Assembly: GCA_035292445.1 (NCBI GenBank)
Contig: DATDQB010000020.1
Location: 155,484 to 219,483, forward strand
DNA length: 64,000 bases
Direction of reading: 5' to 3'
DNA from: Candidatus Omnitrophota bacterium
GTDB taxonomy: Bacteria; Omnitrophota; Gorgyraeia; Zapsychrales; Zapsychraceae
This document shows positions 28,644 to 36,428 of this stretch, piece by piece. The notes below the pieces were generated by a model. It did no database searches. It was not told the DNA's origin and was given only the letters and a program-made list of their open reading frames with translations. The position numbers were made by a program, and so were the translations under genes. Each line of letters starts with the position of its first letter. Within the stretch, counting starts at the first letter, position 1.

Positions 28644-28937
28644 TCACAAGGCCTCGGACTCATCGTCCGTTTTCACCAAGTTAGCGTAGACTTTAAGCCG
28701 TTCAAGAAAACGGTTATATGAACCGCTTGCACGATGGGGGATGATATTTTCAGAGGCGGTACTGACTGCGCCTAGGAGCTCTTTGAGGTCCTCGGCGTCA
28801 AACTCAATACGGTATTTTTTCTCTTCCAGGTAGGCATGCTCAAGGTTACTTAAAAGAAAAGGCTCCAAAAAAATGACCCTCTTGAGGAAATCGATCTCCT
28901 GCTTCGACACCAAAAAGGAAATTTTCTGCAGCTTCAT
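28644..28937 (-). CDS. Hypothetical protein
   Basis: 97-aa ORF with GGAGG RBS within a same-strand run. Confidence 0.55.
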   Translation of the reverse strand: MKLQKISFLVSKQEIDFLKRVIFLEPFLLSNLEHAYLEEKKYRIEFDAEDLKELLGAVSTASENIIPHRASGSYNRFLERLKVYANLVKTDDESEAL

Positions 28938-28952
28938 AAACCTTTCCTCCCT

Positions 28953-29333
28953 TTATTTTCCAGCCAGCGCTTTTTGGACGGCTTTTTTGATGTAACCTTC
29001 GCGAAAGGGTTTATAGAGAAAGTACAACCGGCCGCCGGCGGCGACAAAGTCCATTTGCCGCTCGATAATATGCTTATCGTACGTGCCTGTGAAACAAACG
29101 ATCTCGGTATCGGGGCTGAGCTCTTTGATCTTCTGGCAGGTTTCGGCGCCGTTCATCCCCGGCATCACCAGATCCACGAATATCAAGTCATAGGTCATTT
29201 TCCTGATCTTCTCGAGAGCCGCCTCCCCGGAGGTGACGCTTTCGACCTCATAGCCGTCTTCTTCCAGCTCCTTGATCAGCGCAATGCCGACCAATTTCTC
29301 ATCATCGACAATAAGGATCTTTTTAGCTGACAT
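28953..29333 (-). CDS. Single-domain response regulator
   Basis: ILIVDDE, DLVMPGMNG, KPF. Confidence 0.9.
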   Translation of the reverse strand: MSAKKILIVDDEKLVGIALIKELEEDGYEVESVTSGEAALEKIRKMTYDLIFVDLVMPGMNGAETCQKIKELSPDTEIVCFTGTYDKHIIERQMDFVAAGGRLYFLYKPFREGYIKKAVQKALAGK

Positions 29334-29742
29334 GGCTCGGCCCCCTGGCAAGATTTTTCTTGTAATTGATTTCTTTCATCAAATTCTCCGTGACCTTAAT
29401 GAGGACGCCTTCGCCCAAGGGTTTACGCAGCATCTCATCACGCCCGCCGGCGGCCGTGAAGGCCTCATGCTGCGCTTCGACCTCATAAGGATTGCCGGAA
29501 AATAAAACTACCTCAGTTTCCGGAAAAAGCCGTTTGATCTGGTGGCACAATTGCGTGCCGTTGATCTCCGGCATGATGAGATCGGTATAAACGATATCAA
29601 ACCGCTCTTTCAATAGCCGCGCGATCGCTTCTTTCGCGCTCAACGCGGACCTGGCATCGTAACCGGCCTGTTCCAATTCAATGCGAAAGGCCGTTAAGAC
29701 GATCTGTTCGTCATCGACGATTAAAATCTTACCCTTGCTCAT
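29323..29742 (-). CDS. Single-domain response regulator
   Basis: ILIVDDE, DLIMPEING, KP. Confidence 0.9.
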   Translation of the reverse strand: MSKGKILIVDDEQIVLTAFRIELEQAGYDARSALSAKEAIARLLKERFDIVYTDLIMPEINGTQLCHQIKRLFPETEVVLFSGNPYEVEAQHEAFTAAGGRDEMLRKPLGEGVLIKVTENLMKEINYKKNLARGPSHVS

Positions 29743-31192
29743 GCAGTGATCCCATTCTTTTGTTTAACGCCTCTGTTGTTAATGTAGGTAATCTTATGGT
29801 GAAACTCGTCCCCTTATCAACTTCGCTATCAACCGTCATTTCCCCTTTATGGCTCTCGATGATCCCGTGGGAAACCGACAGCCCCAAACCAGTTCCCTTG
29901 CCGCGGGGTTTGGTCGTGAAAAACGGATCGAATATCCTCGATAAATTCTCTTTCGGGATGCCCATACCAGTGTCGGAGAAAGTCAGAACCACGCAATGAT
30001 GCGCTTCATCATGCTGGAGCTTGATGGTCATAACACCGCCGTTGGCCATGGCATCGCGGCCATTGGTCAAAACGTTCAGGACAACCTGTTGAAGCTGGCT
30101 TTTATTGCCAAAGACCGGCGGCAAATGGACGGCATAATTCTTGACGATCTTTATATTGCCGTTGATCAGCTGGTACTGGCTGAAGCTTAAAGTGGTTTCA
30201 ATGACATCGATCAGATCGACGAAGGTCCTCTCGTCTTCGGAGGCCTTGGAGAACTGGTTTAAATCCTTGACGATCTTGGCCATGTGTTCGGAAGATATGA
30301 GCATCTCGGAAATGATCTTATGATCTTCCGAATGCGGGGAATACCGTTTTTTATATGTCCTTAACAGGCTCAAGAGCCCCGCCAAAGGGCTGTTAAGTTC
30401 GTGCGCGACGCCGGCGGCCAACAATCCCAGCGCCGAAAGCTTCTCGGCCTGCAATAATTTTACATGAAGCTCGCGCTCATTGGCCTGGGCTTTCTTGCGC
30501 TCGGCGATCTCTTCCACCAGCTCAAGGGTGCGCTCTTTAACCCTTTTTTCCAAATGATCATGTGCGCGCTTTAAGGATTCCTCCGCCTGGTTGCGTTTAT
30601 AGTGGATCAAGACCTGTGCGACCTGATCAGCTATCTCACCGGCAAAGTTGATCTCATCGGACGACCATTTCCTTGCTTTACCGACATGCTCGTGGCAAAC
30701 AACACCGACCGTTTTCCCCTTGACGCGGATCGCCGCGTTGAGGACCGACTTGACATTATTGGGGAGTAGATAGTTGCTGGCAAACCGAGCCGTGCGGTGG
30801 TCCGTCAACGCGTCATAAACGTCAATGGCACGGCCGTTCTCCAACGCATGGAAATAATTGGGGTAATCTTCCGCGTTAAAAGACATGCCGTTGGAGTGAT
30901 GGTCGGCGCTACGCTCATACAGATCAACGCAATGAAGCTCGCTTTTGTCGCTCAAAAGCCAAATACTCACCCGCTCGACAATTAAGACGTTGGCGGCAGC
31001 TTCCGTAATAACTTTTTTGGCCTCATCAAAATGGCCATTGGCGACCGCATCGTTTTTGGCGAGCTGAACAATGGTGTTTTGCTGGCTTTGAACGCGCTGG
31101 AACCATAAGAAGAGGTCTTCATCAACAATTCGGCTGGGATAACCAAGGGAAGAAAGATTGAACTGCTTCTGTTTAGATAGGATAATTTTCAT
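29729..31192 (-). CDS. Cytoplasmic GAF-domain sensor histidine kinase
   Basis: GAF region; AHELNSPL H-box; N, G1, F and G2 boxes; start uncertain. Confidence 0.88.
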   Translation of the reverse strand: MKIILSKQKQFNLSSLGYPSRIVDEDLFLWFQRVQSQQNTIVQLAKNDAVANGHFDEAKKVITEAAANVLIVERVSIWLLSDKSELHCVDLYERSADHHSNGMSFNAEDYPNYFHALENGRAIDVYDALTDHRTARFASNYLLPNNVKSVLNAAIRVKGKTVGVVCHEHVGKARKWSSDEINFAGEIADQVAQVLIHYKRNQAEESLKRAHDHLEKRVKERTLELVEEIAERKKAQANERELHVKLLQAEKLSALGLLAAGVAHELNSPLAGLLSLLRTYKKRYSPHSEDHKIISEMLISSEHMAKIVKDLNQFSKASEDERTFVDLIDVIETTLSFSQYQLINGNIKIVKNYAVHLPPVFGNKSQLQQVVLNVLTNGRDAMANGGVMTIKLQHDEAHHCVVLTFSDTGMGIPKENLSRIFDPFFTTKPRGKGTGLGLSVSHGIIESHKGEMTVDSEVDKGTSFTIRLPTLTTEALNKRMGSLHEQG

Positions 31193-31306
31193 GATCTTGT
31201 ATATCTGATTGGAAAATAATAGTTTATAGCTTATCAGCAAGCCATTTTCCTGTCAATACCCGTAAGGCTCCCCACCGCCAGGAAGAAAGCGGGAAAATTT
31301 TATGTT

Positions 31307-32045
31307 TTACATCCTAACCGGGATCGTTTCTTGGAACCAACTGATGAATAATCGGAGCAACTCTTGCGGAAAACTGCGGAAAAGATACTCGGCATGCGTG
31401 CCGTTCTCAAAAGAATAAATTTTTTTAACGCCTTTTTTCTTTTCAAACAGGGCTTGGGAATGCCATGGATAGATCAGCCAATCTTTTTGGCCGTGAATGA
31501 AAAAAACAGGGATCCGGACATCATTGATGGCATCAAACGGGCGGATCTTCTTAAGGAAGGGGTTCCCTAAGCGCACTCCTTTGCCGACGCGGCCTTCTTG
31601 AAAAAGGTTATACGTCACGTTCTCGGCAAAGCCCATCTTGAAAATATTAAACTCGATCTTTCTGAATTCCGTCGGGGCGCACACGGCAATCAAACTGTTG
31701 ATGGCACTACTTTGGGCGGATGCGATGATGGCCGCTGCCGCGCCCATGGAAAAGCCGATGACGCCGATCCTTGCATACCGCGCCTTGGCATAGTCCACGA
31801 CCGCCAGCATATCCAAATGCTCTTTGGCGCCGAAGGTGAACCGCCCGCCGCTTTGGCCGTGGCCGCGAAAATCCATTACCATGACATCATAATCAGCGGC
31901 CAGCGCCTGGCCCATTTGCCGGAATAAAACAGCGTCTTTACTGTTGTAAAAACCATGGGCAAGGATGATGACCGTATCGCGTTTATTATCGAAATGATGA
32001 AAACTGATGGTAACACGGTCTTGGGTGGATATGGTTTGCTGAATA
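31307..32045 (-). CDS. Alpha/beta hydrolase (start unresolved)
   Basis: DFRGHG, GFSMG, HG..D, H motifs; frame continues upstream of ATG 31915 through ILAHGFYNS with no canonical start. Confidence 0.75.
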
Positions 32046-32204
32046 TTTTTGTTTGTCCGGACGATGATTTTTATTATACATGAAATCTTTTCCTTATCCC
32101 TAAATATTCAACAGTTTTTCTTGCCCCTTTTACTGGTATTCTTCCCGCTTCGTTTCTTTTGCTTGCGCCCCATAAAGATGTTCAGTACAATAGAGCCAGA
32201 TTTT

Positions 32205-34385
32205 ATGATGCCGACAGACACTATCCATATTTTTACACCCGCCTCCCACCAAGATGTCCTTGCCCTCATTTTGATGATTGCCGTTTTGCTCACCACCTCC
32301 CGGTTGTTGGGGGAGCTCATGCTGCGGCTGGGGCAGCCCAGCATCATCGGGGAAATTGGCGCCGGTATCCTCCTGGGGCCTTCCATATTAGGATATTTCT
32401 TCCCCTCGATCATCGGCTATATTATTCCCGCTACCCCCACCCAAGGGTACCTTCTTGAAACCATCAGCCTCCTGGGCGCGATGTTTCTTTTGTTGATTAC
32501 CGGCTTGGAAATAGACCTGAATCTTATCAAGCATCACGCGAAAACAGCGCTGAGCGTTTCGGCTGGAGGAATTATTGTTACATTCTCAACCGGATTTATC
32601 CTCGGGCAAATGATCCCTGATGCGCTTCTGCCCAGCCCCGACCAGCGCCTGATTTTTTCTCTTTTTATGGCTACCGCCATGTCTATTTCCGCTATTCCTG
32701 TGATCGCCAAAGTTCTCATCGACCTTAATCTGATCCGCCGTGACATCGGCCAAACGATCATTGCCGCCGGCATGAGCGATGACACCTGCGGATGGATTTT
32801 ACTTTCTATCGTTACCGGATTGGCCGCCGGCCATGCCGTCTCCGCCACAACGGTACTGACATCTGTTTTTACGGTCGTTTTCTTCCTGGCGATCAGCTTT
32901 ACGATCGGCTCCGGGCTTGCCAAAAGAGCGTTGGATTTCGTGCAGGATAACATGAAAAGCCCTTATCAACTTTTGACGCTGGTTGTCGCCTTCGCCTTTG
33001 CCTGGGGCTCCTTCTCGCAGGCCCTTCATTTTGAGCCGATCCTGGGCGCGTTTATCGTAGGGATTATTTTCGGCCACCTCCCGCGGCTTCCGCGCAAGAT
33101 TCACCAGCAACTCGAGGAGATGACCTTGGGCATTTTCGCGCCCATCTTTTTTGCCGTTGCCGGATTAAAGGTCAACGTTATTGGCCTGTTGACACGGCCG
33201 GACCTATTGGCCGTCGCTTTCCTTGTCATTCTTATCGCCTCTGTCGGAAAGATCACGGGAACGTATCTTGGCGCCAGGTTTATCGGCCGGCAGGACCATT
33301 GGACAAGCCTCAGTTTCGGCGCCGCGTTGAACGCCCGTGGCGCCATGGAAATCATCATCGCCACCATCGGCCTTTCGTTGGGAATTCTAACGCAGGATAT
33401 GTTCTCTATTATCGTCCTCATGGCGATCACGACGTCTTTGATGGCGCCCTTCGCGCTGCGCTGGACATTGCGCCACGTCCATCCCAGCGAAAAAGAAGAA
33501 AAACGGATGGAAAAAGAACGCCTGGCGGAAAAAAGCCAGATCCAAAATATTCACCGCGTTTTGATCCCAATCAGAAAACGCGTCAATGACAGCAAACTGA
33601 CCACGATCCAGATCATCAAAGCCGGCCTCTTGCAAAAAATGGCCGATAAAATGGAGCTGTCCATTACGCTCTTTAGCGTCGATCTGCCGGAACACCGGGA
33701 AGCCAATTTTAAGTTCCTGCACGAGGTGGGCGCGCTTTTCCCGGGACAGGAAGTGGTGATCAAATTCGTTGAAGGTAACCCGGCGGAAGAAATCATCGAG
33801 GAATCCAAGAAAGGTTATGATCTTCTGATTATGGGCGCCTCCCAACGGCTCAGCGATGAGCAATATCTGTTCTCGGATATCATTGACTCGGTCGTCAAAT
33901 TTTCCGCATGTGCCACGCTGATTATCCACACGCCCAATATCGCCTCCGACTGGACGCCTAAACGGATTTTAGTGCCCACCAACGGTTCGGTCGCTTCCCG
34001 TCACGCCGCCGAATTATCTTTCTTATTTTCTTCTTCGCAGGACCAACAAATCGTTTTCTTACATGTCGTTGAAGCCAAATCTTATCCTTTGTCTTACAGA
34101 GAACGAGAAAGCGAACACAAGAACCAAATGGAAATCGGGAAAAAAATCATCGATGATCTAAAGGCCCTGGCCGACATGCATCATGTCAGCGCAACGACCG
34201 ATATCCAGACCCATCTCGATGCCGGAGCGGGGATCGTGCAGGCCGCCGAATCGCACAAAGTCGATCTGATCATTTTAGGAACGGACATCCGCCCCGCCTC
34301 TCACCGGCTCTTCTTCGGCCCCAGTGTTGAGCGCATCCTCAAGACCGCCTCCTGCCCCGTCCTCGTATTGAATACCGTCCAATAA
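32205..34385 (+). CDS. CPA2 cation/H+ antiporter fused to two universal stress protein domains
   Basis: GEIGAGILLGPS, SISAIPVIAK, ARGAMEII; C-terminal ILVPTNGS...GPSVERILKTASCPV. Confidence 0.9.
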   Translation: MMPTDTIHIFTPASHQDVLALILMIAVLLTTSRLLGELMLRLGQPSIIGEIGAGILLGPSILGYFFPSIIGYIIPATPTQGYLLETISLLGAMFLLLITGLEIDLNLIKHHAKTALSVSAGGIIVTFSTGFILGQMIPDALLPSPDQRLIFSLFMATAMSISAIPVIAKVLIDLNLIRRDIGQTIIAAGMSDDTCGWILLSIVTGLAAGHAVSATTVLTSVFTVVFFLAISFTIGSGLAKRALDFVQDNMKSPYQLLTLVVAFAFAWGSFSQALHFEPILGAFIVGIIFGHLPRLPRKIHQQLEEMTLGIFAPIFFAVAGLKVNVIGLLTRPDLLAVAFLVILIASVGKITGTYLGARFIGRQDHWTSLSFGAALNARGAMEIIIATIGLSLGILTQDMFSIIVLMAITTSLMAPFALRWTLRHVHPSEKEEKRMEKERLAEKSQIQNIHRVLIPIRKRVNDSKLTTIQIIKAGLLQKMADKMELSITLFSVDLPEHREANFKFLHEVGALFPGQEVVIKFVEGNPAEEIIEESKKGYDLLIMGASQRLSDEQYLFSDIIDSVVKFSACATLIIHTPNIASDWTPKRILVPTNGSVASRHAAELSFLFSSSQDQQIVFLHVVEAKSYPLSYRERESEHKNQMEIGKKIIDDLKALADMHHVSATTDIQTHLDAGAGIVQAAESHKVDLIILGTDIRPASHRLFFGPSVERILKTASCPVLVLNTVQ

Positions 34386-34414
34386 AAAAGGCAACCTTTT
34401 AAGGGGTTGCCTTT
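34384..34414. terminator. Probable bidirectional terminator
   Basis: AAAAAAGGCAACC-TTTTAAGG-GGTTGCCTTT between convergent antiporter and ssrA. Confidence 0.65.
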
Positions 34415-34424
34415 AATCATGCTT

Positions 34425-34514
34425 GGTGGCATTTTGGTTTCCCTAAATTTATGGTAACCAAAATACCACTTAAACTCGGGTTCGCCCTATGGGCTCACCC
34501 TCGTATTTAAGTGG
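34425..34514. repeat. Double hairpin abutting the tmRNA 3' end
   Basis: GTGGCATTTTGGTT...AACCAAAATACCAC and CCACTTAAA...TTTAAGTGG inverted repeats. Confidence 0.5.
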
Positions 34515-34901
34515 AGGTGCCGGGAATCGAACCCGGGTCCTCAAGTAACTTTCTAAAAGCCTCTACATGCTTAGACTGTTTTTAAGTTTCGTCCTGATTT
34601 TCTAAACAGACAAACGGACCAGGACCAGCCTTTAGGATCTCGCCCACATGAATAAGGCGTTCATATGAGCCAGCCTGCCAATGACCTTATTGCCCGCTCA
34701 CAGGCTAAGCAAGCATAAGGGCGCTGCGCTATTAGGCAGCGACTGTTTCGCCAGCGAAAATCGGGTTAACGATTTCGTTAGCTTGGGCTAAGATTGAATC
34801 TTCGCCGTTTAATTGGTGCTTGGGCTGATTAACGAGGCCAACCAAGCGTCCTCGGCATGCCACTGATAGTCCATCGACTCAAGTCGAGACCGATCACCCC
34901 C
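34512..34901 (-). ncRNA. ssrA: tmRNA
   Basis: 5' GGGGGTGA..CTCGAC; 3' CCGGGTTCGATTCCCGGCACCTCCA with G3:U; tag ORF ending ...VAA*; near smpB. Confidence 0.95.
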
Positions 34902-34957
34902 ATATTTTTAAAGAACAAAAACCGTATAATTATAGAATATCTTGCGCTGAATGCAAA

Positions 34958-35620
34958 TTAATTCGCCTTCATGACCTTCTTGATCTTAAACGACTCGACT
35001 TCTAACACGCCATCTTTATTCTTGACTCTAAAGTCAACGATTAACGTTTCAGCGCTTTCGAGGTCTTTGAACGTGGCTTCGGCAAGGCTAAGGATCCCGA
35101 AATGCCTGATCTCCTTGCTTAACTCAACCAACTCCAGCCTCCTCATGATCTGTTTATCGGGATCAAAAAGCTGGAAATTCTCGGTGAATTTCGACTGCTG
35201 CGTAACGTAATCCGTCATCACCTGGCGGATCTCCTCATCGGTGTAATTCTCTTTTTTCTTAACCTTTTCTTCCGGCGCCTCGATCTTGGCGATCACCCAC
35301 TCGTTGACCACCGATTGACCGGCTTTCTTAACGATCTTGGCTTCCAACGTCACGATGCTACCGGTCGCGATATCCCGGAACTTAACCGGAACGACCGCTT
35401 CGTCGCCTTTCTGTTGAAGAAGGCCATTCTCGATCGACAGCATCCTTAGATTCAAGACCTTTCTGGTCGAATCATCGTACAGATCAAAAGTGCCGACGAG
35501 CTTTGTCCTTTTATTAAGGTCGTTCTGGATAACCTCCGTGTATGATGGGCCATCCGCAACCGCTGGATGCACCGCTAATAGTAATGCTATGAAAAACGCG
35601 TGTAACGTAATACTTCTCAT
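34958..35620 (-). CDS. Secreted hypothetical protein with two internally repeated domains
   Basis: GGAGG RBS, signal peptide ending AVA; halves share F.L.D....L.L and F.D......V...G..V patterns. Confidence 0.65.
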   Translation of the reverse strand: MRSITLHAFFIALLLAVHPAVADGPSYTEVIQNDLNKRTKLVGTFDLYDDSTRKVLNLRMLSIENGLLQQKGDEAVVPVKFRDIATGSIVTLEAKIVKKAGQSVVNEWVIAKIEAPEEKVKKKENYTDEEIRQVMTDYVTQQSKFTENFQLFDPDKQIMRRLELVELSKEIRHFGILSLAEATFKDLESAETLIVDFRVKNKDGVLEVESFKIKKVMKAN

Positions 35621-35630
35621 GATGCCCTCC

Positions 35631-36101
35631 CTAAGATCTCCTTTGACTGGCCTTTCCCTGGCGAAGCGCGCGACCAATATCCCGCTCAATACTTCTTTTC
35701 TTGATCGTTTCCCTCTTATCATGGAGCTTTTTGCCTTTGCCTAAAGCCAACTCGATCTTGACCATCCCGCGGCTGCTAAAATATATCTTGGTCGGCACCA
35801 GCGCGAACTTTCGCTGGAGCACAAAGCCCCCGATCCTTTCAATTTCCCTTTTATGCAATAGAAGCTTACGGGGCCTGTCAGGAGCGAGCAGCTGATGGCC
35901 GGCCTGAGCGTAGGGTTCAATATGAAGATTATAAAGATAAACTTCGCCTTTTTCAACCCTGGCAAAGGCGTCCTTAAAATTCACTTCTCCTGCCCGTATG
36001 GATTTGACCTCGCTGCCGTTCAAGGCAACGCCGCATTCCCATTTATCGGTAAGGAAAAAATCACGGAATGCCTTTTTATTCGTTGCGATTGATTCTGCCA
36101 T
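35631..36101 (-). CDS. smpB: SsrA-binding protein
   Basis: NKKA, GSEVKSIR, RKLLLHKREI, GKK.HDKRE motifs. Confidence 0.97.
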   Translation of the reverse strand: MAESIATNKKAFRDFFLTDKWECGVALNGSEVKSIRAGEVNFKDAFARVEKGEVYLYNLHIEPYAQAGHQLLAPDRPRKLLLHKREIERIGGFVLQRKFALVPTKIYFSSRGMVKIELALGKGKKLHDKRETIKKRSIERDIGRALRQGKASQRRS

Positions 36102-36187
36102 GACTGGTGAATTATAGCATAATCCGCCGCCAATATAAAGGCGGGATAGTCCTAACTTGCCCTGTTGATATCAGGTAAGTTGTGATA

Positions 36188-36216
36188 TTGACAGACTAAT
36201 GCACAGTAAGTATACT
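36188..36216 (+). promoter_or_regulatory. sigma70 promoter for tRNA-Leu
   Basis: TTGACA-17 nt-TATACT ending 15 nt before the tRNA. Confidence 0.75.
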
Positions 36217-36231
36217 GTGAGAAATCTACTT

Positions 36232-36313
36232 GCGGAAGTGGTGGAATTGGTAGACACGCAGGTCTCAGAAGCCTGTGCTTCACGGCATGAGAGTTCAAGT
36301 CTCTCCTTCCGCA
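36232..36313 (+). tRNA. tRNA-Leu(CAG), CCA not encoded
   Basis: GCGGAAG/CTTCCGC acceptor stem, GGTAGAC D-loop, CT-CAG-AA anticodon loop, long variable arm, GTTCAAGT T-loop. Confidence 0.95.
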
Positions 36314-36428
36314 TTTATCATTTCAGATAAAGGAAATTTTCTTGCAACTTCCCGCAAAGCATACTAGAATGTTGGGACAATTTTAAGAATATTAAAATAA
36401 TATTAATAATTATTAATAATACCTGCCT

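Noticed and set aside
32049-32204. N-terminal extension of the antiporter ORF
   Set aside because: Runs through the divergent promoter region; family similarity begins near ATG 32205/32208
34400-36420. Prophage or island integrated at ssrA or tRNA-Leu
   Set aside because: No integrase and no duplicated tRNA/tmRNA 3' end seen in the window; flanks are ordinary genes
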